Positions 20,579 through 28,644 of a stretch of DNA of 64,000 nucleotides are shown piece by piece. Numbering within the stretch: position 1 is the first letter of the stretch; each line of letters starts with the position of its first letter. Origin of the DNA: a virus; IMG/VR virus record IMGVR_UViG_3300045988_122072, positions 1-64,000 of that record; one strand, 5' to 3'. The translations under genes and the position numbers were made by a program. The notes under the pieces were generated by a model, which was not told where the DNA came from, made no database searches, and saw only the letters and a program-made list of their open reading frames with translations.

Positions 20579-21000
20579 GTCCTTGACAAATTATTCCTCG
20601 CTAGGAATAACGATGGAGAATACTATTGCGTTTAAGCAAGGCGCTACACTTGCCCGGTCTTATGACCCTTTATCTTTCGATAAAGTACAGACTATATCTT
20701 CACCCACATAAGTGGGGCACACCACTTCCATAACCAATCGCTTGTTATGTACTTCTCTTAACGAGAATAGTCGTTGAGGTTTTCTCTATTCGAGACTTAC
20801 CTGCTGATTTCCCATTATAACAGATACTTAGGATTTAACCATATATCTATCTCATAACTTTTTTCTACTTTCGTGACCATTACGTTTAAGCATGTTTCAT
20901 CTTTCCGCTTTGGTATATGAGCTTTAGGGATTTCCAGCATTTCAATGTGTTATTTATCATATAAATTACTTTATACGGAAACTATTCGTAGAAAGCCACA

Positions 21001-21768
21001 TTATGCAGCCATCACTTCTAATTTCTTTTCCTTGTCGCAGTATGCCTGTTGAGCCTTACCACTGAAAGGATGAGCGCCATCTGTCGCAACAGACCAGTCG
21101 AAGTCAGGACTAAGCTTAAAGTTGGGGAAGATGAGATAACAGTGAATTAAAGTAGTCTGATCACATACGTCGCAGCCAAGAACTTCCATGACGAACTTAC
21201 AGCCGACAGGGAATTCAGTAGCGGAGTTGACAACTTCAACAGCATTCTCAGTCTCATAGTCATACATAACGAATAGCTCGTCACTAGCATTTAGACCGGT
21301 AGGCAGCTTCATATTCTGGCCAGCAATGGAGAACTCTGTCTCAGAGGCAGCAGTACCCTTGGTGTACTTCTTACCAAAAGTGCTATCGCCATTTAGAACA
21401 TAAATTTCCTTAACTTCGCCCTTGGGAGCATGCTTTAGCTCATAAGAACCAGTGCCATATTCGAAGCTCTCCATAGCAGGAGCAGTAATCTTAGCAGAAG
21501 AGCTGGCAACCTTCTTGGAAGTACCAAGCTGAGTAGCCATTAGATTCATATCGAAAATAGCGTTCTCAGCAGAGAACTCGGCACTCTTAGCACGATAGAA
21601 CGTAGCAATAGGAGTACCTAGAGCGTCAACAGCATCAGTGGATTCAGATGCGCAGTTTAGAGAAACATTCTGCATCTGGTTGATAGAGAATAGTATGGAA
21701 TCGTCCTTCTGAGATAGAGCAATACCACGAGTAACTCTATTGATAACAAAGTTATTAATGTCAAACAT
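21001..21768 (-). CDS. Structural-module protein (possible tail/neck component). The 3' end may be remodelled by splicing of intron A
   Basis: 255 aa; GGAGG SD; the stop lies 11 nt downstream of the predicted 5' splice site (21014/21013). Confidence 0.7.
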   Translation of the reverse strand: MFDINNFVINRVTRGIALSQKDDSILFSINQMQNVSLNCASESTDAVDALGTPIATFYRAKSAEFSAENAIFDMNLMATQLGTSKKVASSSAKITAPAMESFEYGTGSYELKHAPKGEVKEIYVLNGDSTFGKKYTKGTAASETEFSIAGQNMKLPTGLNASDELFVMYDYETENAVEVVNSATEFPVGCKFVMEVLGCDVCDQTTLIHCYLIFPNFKLSPDFDWSVATDGAHPFSGKAQQAYCDKEKKLEVMAA

Positions 21769-21813
21769 AATAATTTCCTCCTAAAAATAATAATTTTAAT
21801 ATTAAAGAGATAA

Positions 21814-22548
21814 TTAAATCTCCTTTAACCAATTCAAATCCGCCTTATTTATTTTCTTTGTATCTATCATGCCAGAATAACATCCAGCAAGTAGATGGTC
21901 TGCATTATTGATAATTTGTAGGCGAGCCAAATCATCAAAAAATTCTACAAATCCCTCATTTCTCACATAATCCTTCGTATATCCCATACGAACCTTTACA
22001 GAAGAAATAAGCGGCAACAGATATGATTTAAAAGGCTTTTCTTGATTTAACCTAATTTTCATTCTGTCTTCATCTATAAGGATTTGTTTGGTTGTCTTAT
22101 TTGCCGCACGTTCTATTTTTGGCGTAATATTATGAACCTTTCTTAAATAATTTACAATTCTTAAATAAATTAATTTATCAATCTTTATACCAGATTCTAA
22201 ATCCGCCAAAACAATATCGCCATTTTCCTTATTTCTATATGGTTTTAATTTAGTAAAATCTAAATCACCAAACAGCAATTCAGTATTTTCTTTTGATAAC
22301 GTCGGGGCAAGCATCATAAACAACTCAAAATCTTCAATCTCCATCCAATCTAACCCCATATCCCAAAGTTTGGACTTAAGGTCGCTCGGAATAGCAGTTA
22401 AAGTATGAACAACACTAAAATATTTTGCTTCACCAAAATCTACAATATCTCCAATTTTCGCCTGTTTAATTTTTATTTTATCATTAATAATATAATCGTC
22501 TCCAAAATATAATTGGAGAGGATCTACTTCAAAAATATCAGAACTCAT
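21814..22548 (-). CDS. Hypothetical structural-module protein
   Basis: 244 aa; overlaps the upstream gene by 11 nt; GAGGAA upstream. Confidence 0.7.
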   Translation of the reverse strand: MSSDIFEVDPLQLYFGDDYIINDKIKIKQAKIGDIVDFGEAKYFSVVHTLTAIPSDLKSKLWDMGLDWMEIEDFELFMMLAPTLSKENTELLFGDLDFTKLKPYRNKENGDIVLADLESGIKIDKLIYLRIVNYLRKVHNITPKIERAANKTTKQILIDEDRMKIRLNQEKPFKSYLLPLISSVKVRMGYTKDYVRNEGFVEFFDDLARLQIINNADHLLAGCYSGMIDTKKINKADLNWLKEI

Positions 22549-23050
22549 ATTTGTTCCTCGTTACAGCTTTATTTAGAGAATTAGTTCTGGTAAGCTCAAA
22601 TTTTAAAGTACGAGTGGAGTACGCAGTGTCCGTTACCCCCTCTTTGTTGTATATCAATTTTGCTTGCATACCGAACATATTAGACCATCCAAAAATATCA
22701 CGAATTAAATACCCAAGTAAATCATGTCGCTCAATTCCATATGGAGTTTTAATATCATCCGCATGACAAAACACAACAAATTGTACATATTGAATTTTCA
22801 TGACACTATTATATTGATGGTCTTCTATGTCATCCACACTAAAGCATATAAAATTTCTTGCAACATCCTGCACCTCTGGCACTCGAATATATGCAAAGAT
22901 ATTTGTGTTTAAATAATCATCTGGGCTTGAAGGATCTAGTTCACGATTATTTAACGCCTCAATAATATCTGGATCTGATGTAAGTTTTTGACGAATTAAA
23001 CGTTTCATGCTAGACACATCATCATCAATATTTTGAATATCTCTAATCAT
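22538..23050 (-). CDS. Hypothetical structural-module protein
   Basis: 170 aa; GGAGG SD; TAATG overlap with the upstream stop. Confidence 0.7.
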   Translation of the reverse strand: MIRDIQNIDDDVSSMKRLIRQKLTSDPDIIEALNNRELDPSSPDDYLNTNIFAYIRVPEVQDVARNFICFSVDDIEDHQYNSVMKIQYVQFVVFCHADDIKTPYGIERHDLLGYLIRDIFGWSNMFGMQAKLIYNKEGVTDTAYSTRTLKFELTRTNSLNKAVTRNKYEF

Positions 23051-24345
23051 TAACTAACCACCTCCATAACCGTTTCTGCTGCGTACTTACCGTCTTTGTT
23101 TGCGGCCGACACAACAATTTTTTTACCAACCATGCTATACAATTGTAAACAACGTAATTTAAGAGCATTCCAATTATCTTCTGCTGGTGCAACATTAATT
23201 TTAAATATTTCTTCTCCATTGACACTACACGTAACATCACATGCATCAACATCCGATGGCGTAGAAACATCGTCTCTAAAACTTAAATCAGATAGCATGA
23301 CATTAGAAGGGCAATCGTCAGATGGTTCAATTTCCCAATCATCATTATGATAATGAAGATTAATAGAGCATAATAACTGGTTATCATTCATAAATGACAA
23401 TTTCCATATTGGCTTATCTGCAACATATACCAAATTAAATGCATCCCAAAACTCTGCCGTAAATACCTTAGAACTACCGCCAACACGCAATGTAGCATCT
23501 TTGCCATTATAAGTAATTCTCCCCGTCGGGGATTCTTCCTCTGGCATTTCAAGTCCGGCATCAATATAATGAGGCTCTTTTAATCTACAATATTGACAAA
23601 TTTCGTTTTTAGTAATGTCGTGCTCTTTATTCGTACACCAATTTGCTAAGCCATATTTTCCACAGTCTTCCTGCATTGTCGCTTGGACTTGTTTAAATGT
23701 CAAACGTGTAATACCAACCGGGATTGTATCTAATACCTTAGATAATTCCCACGCTAAAGGCACCTTCCTTCCACTATCATAAATCAATACGCGTTGATTA
23801 TAACTAAGCGTTTGCGTATATGGAGTTGTTGGTAATAGCATGATGGTTTGATCTTCTGGCGTAGTAAAAATATAATCAGTCCAAAGACCAGAGTTATAAG
23901 AACTCTGCGTTCTCTGTACGCACTCACACTTATAAACTTTATCTTCATGTACCCATTTTAATGTCCAGTTACACTTTAATACATAATACATATGAAACTG
24001 CGGTTGATGATCATCAAGAATGACGAGCCATCTTTGTAATTCACCCGCATCATCTGGGATATCAACATATGACCCAACAGGAATCTTAACATGAGGTCGA
24101 AATTGTAGCTTATATACTTCTTCGTCACCGCTTATTGAACGGCGCGTATCAATAATAAACTTAGCGTCTAGTTTTTTTAATTCAATTTCGTTTGGCACAG
24201 AAGTGACAAAAACCTCACGATATGCAGGGTCTCGTTTGAAGGTGGCGTTGATCGTACTATCGGCATTGCGCAAATAAGCATCGCATTGACATTTCCCTAA
24301 TCTTTCCATACGAGTTTTAAATGAATCAAGCATTATCATCACCAT
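23050..24345 (-). CDS. Hypothetical structural-module protein (431 aa)
   Basis: Long ORF translationally coupled to both neighbours; exact start uncertain among three close ATGs. Confidence 0.7.
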   Translation of the reverse strand: MVMIMLDSFKTRMERLGKCQCDAYLRNADSTINATFKRDPAYREVFVTSVPNEIELKKLDAKFIIDTRRSISGDEEVYKLQFRPHVKIPVGSYVDIPDDAGELQRWLVILDDHQPQFHMYYVLKCNWTLKWVHEDKVYKCECVQRTQSSYNSGLWTDYIFTTPEDQTIMLLPTTPYTQTLSYNQRVLIYDSGRKVPLAWELSKVLDTIPVGITRLTFKQVQATMQEDCGKYGLANWCTNKEHDITKNEICQYCRLKEPHYIDAGLEMPEEESPTGRITYNGKDATLRVGGSSKVFTAEFWDAFNLVYVADKPIWKLSFMNDNQLLCSINLHYHNDDWEIEPSDDCPSNVMLSDLSFRDDVSTPSDVDACDVTCSVNGEEIFKINVAPAEDNWNALKLRCLQLYSMVGKKIVVSAANKDGKYAAETVMEVVS

Positions 24346-24628
24346 CTTTCAAGGCATTAACTAAATTAGCCGCATCAAGTATAGCCTTGCGGAACTGAGA
24401 AGGATCCCTTCGTGCTGTCTCTAAACAACTAATAATAGTCAATATTTCTGGCTGATAATTAAACATTTTATTTAATCCACTTATTTGATTAATCAATGAT
24501 TGCATATGGGCATCTAAAAAAGGGTGTTCATTCTCTTTTTGATAAAGACAACTAATAATTGCTCCATATAAATAACGTTTTTGCTCTATAATCTGCATTT
24601 GAGGGATATCTCCATAAATAGTATTCAT
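24326..24628 (-). CDS. Small head/neck-module protein
   Basis: ORF track 24326-24679; ATG 24628 is preceded by GGGAGG. Confidence 0.6.
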   Translation of the reverse strand: MNTIYGDIPQMQIIEQKRYLYGAIISCLYQKENEHPFLDAHMQSLINQISGLNKMFNYQPEILTIISCLETARRDPSQFRKAILDAANLVNALKDGDDNA

Positions 24629-24641
24629 AGTAATTCCTCCC

Positions 24642-25061
24642 TCAAGTCCAATACGAACCATATCCATATGTATAATCACGGCTTAGCCTTTGCGCTTCTA
24701 ACTTCATTTTTTCATCCAACGCTATTAATTCCGCAAGATGCTGAGACTGAGAATAATATTTCTGCTCTTTATCAGCAAAAACTTGCTTGGTCAATAAAAC
24801 AGAATTAACTTGCGGCTCAAGCCACTGCCTCACAACTAAAATTGCAAGAATTTCCTTCTCTACATCTAATAAATCTACGTTAAATTGCTTATTCTCTTCA
24901 TCTCGATTAGAAAGGTCATTTTTGCATTTTCTAAATTGTGAAATAGCGCTCATAAGCCATCCATGGAACATATCTTCCAAATCTTCCTCTGGAAGTAATG
25001 CAAGATCTGGGTCTTCAATTTTAGAAGCAGCTCTTTCATAAATTTCAGAAAAAGGAGTCAT
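24642..25061 (-). CDS. Putative head-tail connector/adaptor protein
   Basis: 139 aa, acidic N-terminus DPDLALLPEEDLEDMFHGWL. Size and position right after the capsid gene cluster are typical of gp6/gp15-like adaptors. Assignment is by position only. Confidence 0.4.
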   Translation of the reverse strand: MTPFSEIYERAASKIEDPDLALLPEEDLEDMFHGWLMSAISQFRKCKNDLSNRDEENKQFNVDLLDVEKEILAILVVRQWLEPQVNSVLLTKQVFADKEQKYYSQSQHLAELIALDEKMKLEAQRLSRDYTYGYGSYWT

Positions 25062-25075
25062 TTAAATAACCCCCT

Positions 25076-25609
25076 TTACTCAATCATTAATTTTAACTCT
25101 GTGCCAAGAATTTCATCCAGTGCGTTAATCTTTGCAATACTATCTAAAGAACCATTACGAATTTTATCCCCAGCAATATTCTTGATAGAATCTTTAAATC
25201 CAACAGGAATCTCACGGAGTCTTTTCTTAAACTGATTAATAGGTAGATTGAATAAATTATCGACATCTAGTGCAGCAACCTTTGCGTAAAGGGCCTTAAG
25301 TTCGGGCCACTGTTCAAGTAACTCTTCGTCCTCAATTACAAAATACGGGGCATTTAGATAAGCAGACCTAGTAGACCTAAGAGCTTGGAGATCTTGAAAT
25401 TCTACCTCAGTAGCATCACCATAATCTGCCCATGTGTATAGTAATTGAGACTTCTTGCCGGGTAATAGCAGTTCTCCGAACGTCACAGACTTGCACAAAA
25501 TAACATCATCTTGCGCAAATTTACGAGGAGCCTTCTTCTTGGGTTCTTCCTTGATAATTTCTTCAGTAGGAGCCTCGGCCTCTACCTTCTTGGTTCTTGT
25601 ATTTGCCAT
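25076..25609 (-). CDS. Hypothetical head-module protein
   Basis: 177 aa; AAGGAG SD; basic Lys-rich N-terminus. Confidence 0.7.
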   Translation of the reverse strand: MANTRTKKVEAEAPTEEIIKEEPKKKAPRKFAQDDVILCKSVTFGELLLPGKKSQLLYTWADYGDATEVEFQDLQALRSTRSAYLNAPYFVIEDEELLEQWPELKALYAKVAALDVDNLFNLPINQFKKRLREIPVGFKDSIKNIAGDKIRNGSLDSIAKINALDEILGTELKLMIE

Positions 25610-25656
25610 ATTAAATTTCTCCTTTTATCCTAATAATTAATTTTATATTGTTTAAA

Positions 25657-25906
25657 TTACTTAACAATCTTCCACATACCAAACTTCTGGTTAGTAATAA
25701 CACTAAGGCCCATCTTAGTCTGAACCTCGTAATCATACGTAAGATCCATATGAGTACCAGCGTCCTGAACCTGATACATCTGAGTGTCGCCTTCATAAAC
25801 TAGCTTGATGAAAGGCTCGACACCAACGGGCATGATAAACAGAATATCATTAGCAATTAGATACTGAGTGGTATCATTAAGCTTAAAGCCCTGCTTTAAC
25901 TCAACA
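25657..25906 (-). CDS. Major capsid protein, exon 2 (predicted)
   Basis: An 83-codon open frame with no start codon or SD ends at TAA 25657-25659. It encodes VELKQGFKLNDTTQYLIANDILFIMPVGVEPFIKLVYEGDTQMYQVQDAGTHMDLTYDYEVQTKMGLSVITNQKFGMWKIVK. Joined to exon 1 it gives a 1089-nt, in-frame, 362-aa product. Confidence 0.7.
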
Positions 25907-25915
25907 CCTTTATGT

Positions 25916-26734
25916 TTAACAATTTTTATTTTCCAACATTACCCATGATAATGGCTCTCCGGTAACTGGGTGCTTACCGGCATGTTTTTGTTCTCCAACT
26001 AAACAGGCTTTAATACAACCTTTACAAATATTATATTTATTTTCTGCTTCTCTCATTGTTATAAAACATTCATCAAGTTGTGGGCAATATACACTTATGC
26101 CATTCTTTTTTCTTGCCGCTCCGATTTTCTTACGGGTTTCTTCTGAACGGAATGTACTCCCGCCCCTTCCAGATTTTTTAGCAGCTTTACTACGATTAGT
26201 ATGACACACTTCATCCCAATTAATGGATTTTATTTCTTGAAGCTTAGATTCGGATGTATTAATATATTCGTCGTAATACATAAAATCACGATGTATCTTT
26301 AACATTTCCCACATTGTGGTATTGCTAATATTATTGTCAATATAACAATCTTTGACTGTATCATATATTTTATCATCACATAATCTTATAACACGTCTTG
26401 CAGATGGATTTTTATAACCAGAAAATTTTTCTGAATATACCTTCCTTGCTTCTTCGTATTCTTCTGGAGTTAATTCATATCTTTTTTGATTCTTATCTTT
26501 CACAAACGCCATTAACGTATATGCATGTGCCAGCTTATCATCATCAGGATTTTCTTCGGCAAGTAATTTATGTGCAATAAAATGTTCCCTAGCAAACAAA
26601 TCAATTAAATTTTCTTCTTTGTCAGATCCATTTTTACACTTAGGAATAATATGATGTCTTTCGTGATATTCATCATCATACATAAAACGTCCACGAGTTT
26701 GTAAAATGTTATCAATAAATTCTTTATAACTCAT
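25916..26734 (-). CDS. HNH homing endonuclease with NUMOD-like DNA-binding modules (intron B-encoded)
   Basis: HERHHIIPKCKNGSDKEENLIDLFAREHFIAHKLL (HNH). SEETRKKIGAARKKNG (NUMOD3-like). ATG 26734 follows AGAGG. The ORF-track start 26815 lies inside the intron core. Confidence 0.85.
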   Translation of the reverse strand: MSYKEFIDNILQTRGRFMYDDEYHERHHIIPKCKNGSDKEENLIDLFAREHFIAHKLLAEENPDDDKLAHAYTLMAFVKDKNQKRYELTPEEYEEARKVYSEKFSGYKNPSARRVIRLCDDKIYDTVKDCYIDNNISNTTMWEMLKIHRDFMYYDEYINTSESKLQEIKSINWDEVCHTNRSKAAKKSGRGGSTFRSEETRKKIGAARKKNGISVYCPQLDECFITMREAENKYNICKGCIKACLVGEQKHAGKHPVTGEPLSWVMLENKNC

Positions 26735-26946
26735 ATTTACCTCTTTTAAAAAATATTGTTGGAAAATAAAAATACAGAACGCTACTTCTGTGTTGTTGAA
26801 AAATTCAACCTCCATCTTTCAATAGAGAGCAGACTATATCTTCATTCTTTCGAATGCGCACCACTTCGAACGCCAACCACTTGCGTCCTACTCCCATTAC
26901 GGGATAGTCGTTGAACCTTCATCTTAACATTAATTTTGTATTATAC

Positions 26947-26974
26947 ATTATACCTTAAAATTTTAATTTGTCAA
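26947..26974 (-). promoter_or_regulatory. Consensus sigma-70-type promoter inside intron B
   Basis: Minus strand TTGACA (26969-26974), 16 nt, TATAAT (26947-26952). A second TATAAT lies at 26940-26945, followed by an ACAAAATTA box (26931-26939). Confidence 0.6.
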
Positions 26975-27171
26975 GATACTTGGCTGCTGATTGTCCATTA
27001 TTACAACATTTAGGATTTAACCATGTGTCATCTGTATTTGTTTTTTCTACTTTCGTAGCATTCACGCTCGACTTTACAGTCCACGTTGTAGCCAATACAG
27101 TTTTAGGATTTTCCAGCAATTCAATGCGTTATTTTTCGAACAGTTTTCACTGTACGCGACCTATTTATTTA

Positions 27172-28010
27172 AGTCTAATTCCTTCCCAATAACCAAACTT
27201 ACCAGTGGTGTGCTTCTCATCCTTCATGCTACCAGAAGCCCATTCAACCTTAGTAAGATCAAACACACTAGCAAGAGCAGCGCGAGTACCCATAATAACG
27301 ACTTCGGAATCAGATGCCATACCAACATCCATACATAGAGTACGTAAGGTTTCCTTGGTTGCATCACTTAGAGCAGAAGACTTATACCACTGAGCGCCTA
27401 GAGTAGTACCAACACCCATTAGAGCCTCATATAGAGCCTGATTGACATAACGATCAAAAGCTTCAGTAATCTTACCAACTAGAGTTGCAAAATCTTCAAC
27501 GCCAGTAAGTAGTCTTTCAAATTCTGCGTAAACCTTAAGACCATACCAGCTAGTCTCAACACTAAAGGTCTTGCCAGCTCCTAGTCTCTGTCTAATAATG
27601 TCGTGATGGTTGCCAGAGACTTTCATTACAGAAAGAACACTCTGATCTGGGCAATAGAACTCGTTCTTATCACCAAGTGCTAGATTACGAATTTCAACAA
27701 ACTCCTTGAAGAAAGGATTCTCCTGCCAGCCACTAACTAGAGCATCATCAATAACGACCTCAATTAGATCAAAAAGAACTGCCTGATTTCTACGAATACC
27801 TCTACGAATTTCTGCCTTGGTGGACTTTTCGTCGCAACCAATAACATTGCGGAAAATCTCAACAATCTTCTGATTTGCTTCCTTTACGGAAATGCCATCT
27901 AGAGCATTGTGAGCATAGTCAAGCATTAGCTTATTAAAAGCATTATAATCATTCTCATTATTATCAAATACATTCTTAACATTCATATCAAACTGCATAA
28001 ACTTAGCCAT
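27172..28010 (-). CDS. Major capsid protein, exon 1 (predicted)
   Basis: ATG 28010 lies 8 nt after GGAGG. The ORF runs to ..GKFGYWEGIRL. An in-frame TAA lies 2 codons past the predicted 5' splice site. Its position after portal and scaffold supports a capsid call. Confidence 0.7.
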
Positions 28011-28039
28011 AATTATTTCCTCCTTTCTCAATTTTCAAA

Positions 28040-28567
28040 TTACGCGCCTAGACTTACGACATGGAGTCTGTAAGAAACGCTATTAGTGTAGTTAACCTTC
28101 TCAACGATCTGAAGAACAACGCCAGTCTTAGGAGCGGCATTAGCCTCCTTATAAAGACCATTCTCAATCTCTACATAATTACCAACAACAGGAGCGGTAG
28201 CTAGAGCAGCAATAGCATTGGCAGAAACGGTGAAAATATCATCAACGTATAGTTCATAAGCTCTTGCAACTTCACCAGCAGCATTATAGAAATATCTTTC
28301 CTCTTGGTAAGAACGTCTATCGGAATTATATCCAATAGGAGGAGTGAGCACTAGGTAGGGCTTCTTGCCAGCAGCATAATCTGCGGAATCAAAAACCTGT
28401 GCCTCAACCCATGCACCTCTAGTAACAATAGAACCATTGTCTAAATCCTTGTGGCACTTCATAGACAGAATATGACCAGCGCCGGTGGCTTTTAGTAGAG
28501 AACTTTCAGCAACAACGTGCTCAGCTCCGACAATTTTATCAAAAACATTTGCCATAACTAATTTCAT
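28040..28567 (-). CDS. Hypothetical head-module protein (possible decoration/accessory protein)
   Basis: 175 aa, between the scaffold-like gene and the capsid gene. The start is ambiguous (ATG 28567 or 28555). Confidence 0.65.
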   Translation of the reverse strand: MKLVMANVFDKIVGAEHVVAESSLLKATGAGHILSMKCHKDLDNGSIVTRGAWVEAQVFDSADYAAGKKPYLVLTPPIGYNSDRRSYQEERYFYNAAGEVARAYELYVDDIFTVSANAIAALATAPVVGNYVEIENGLYKEANAAPKTGVVLQIVEKVNYTNSVSYRLHVVSLGA

Positions 28568-28594
28568 CCTTTCATAATTAAAAATTGTTTAATA

Positions 28595-28620
28595 TAACAA
28601 AAGTCGTTATGAATAACGAC
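28595..28620 (-). terminator. Rho-independent terminator
   Basis: Minus strand GUCGUUA-uuca-UAACGAC followed by UUUUGUU, after the stop of 28645-30366. Confidence 0.55.
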
Positions 28621-28644
28621 CTTAGTTTAATAATTTTATATTGT

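Larger units (their letters stand above)
19357..21013 (-). mobile_element. Group I intron A with HNH homing endonuclease ORF (boundaries predicted)
   Basis: Minus-strand core elements: P2 hairpin with GUAA loop at 20958-20977; P AUUGAAAUGCUGGAAAUCCC within 20923-20949; Q AAAUCAGCAGG at 20800-20810; R CCUCAACGACUAUUC at 20765-20779; P8 hairpin at 20753-20767; S GAAGAUAUAGUCUG at 20688-20701. The ORF sits 3' of S. Confidence 0.8.
25907..27171 (-). mobile_element. Group I intron B with HNH-NUMOD homing endonuclease ORF (boundaries predicted)
   Basis: Minus-strand core elements: P1 GACU|..GGUC; P2 ACAGU-GAAA-ACUGU at 27140-27153; P AUUGAAUUGCUGGAAAAUCC within 27101-27127; Q CAAUCAGCAGCC at 26982-26993; R GGUUCAACGACUAUCC at 26902-26917; P8 hairpin at 26892-26904; S GAAGAUAUAGUCUG at 26830-26843. 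The last intron base, 25907, is G. Confidence 0.8.

Noticed and set aside
20475-21000. The 526-nt gap as a plain intergenic region or a degenerate pseudogene
   Set aside because: It aligns element by element with the gap inside the capsid gene, and it contains the canonical group I P, Q, R and S boxes with compensatory stem changes.
25611-25796. 61-aa minus-strand ORF from the ORF track
   Set aside because: It is out of frame with, and fully inside, the much better capsid exon 2 frame. It has no SD and an odd Arg/Leu-rich sequence.
26968-27192. 74-aa plus-strand ORF inside intron B
   Set aside because: It is antisense to the ribozyme core and has no SD. The region is explained by conserved RNA elements shared with intron A.
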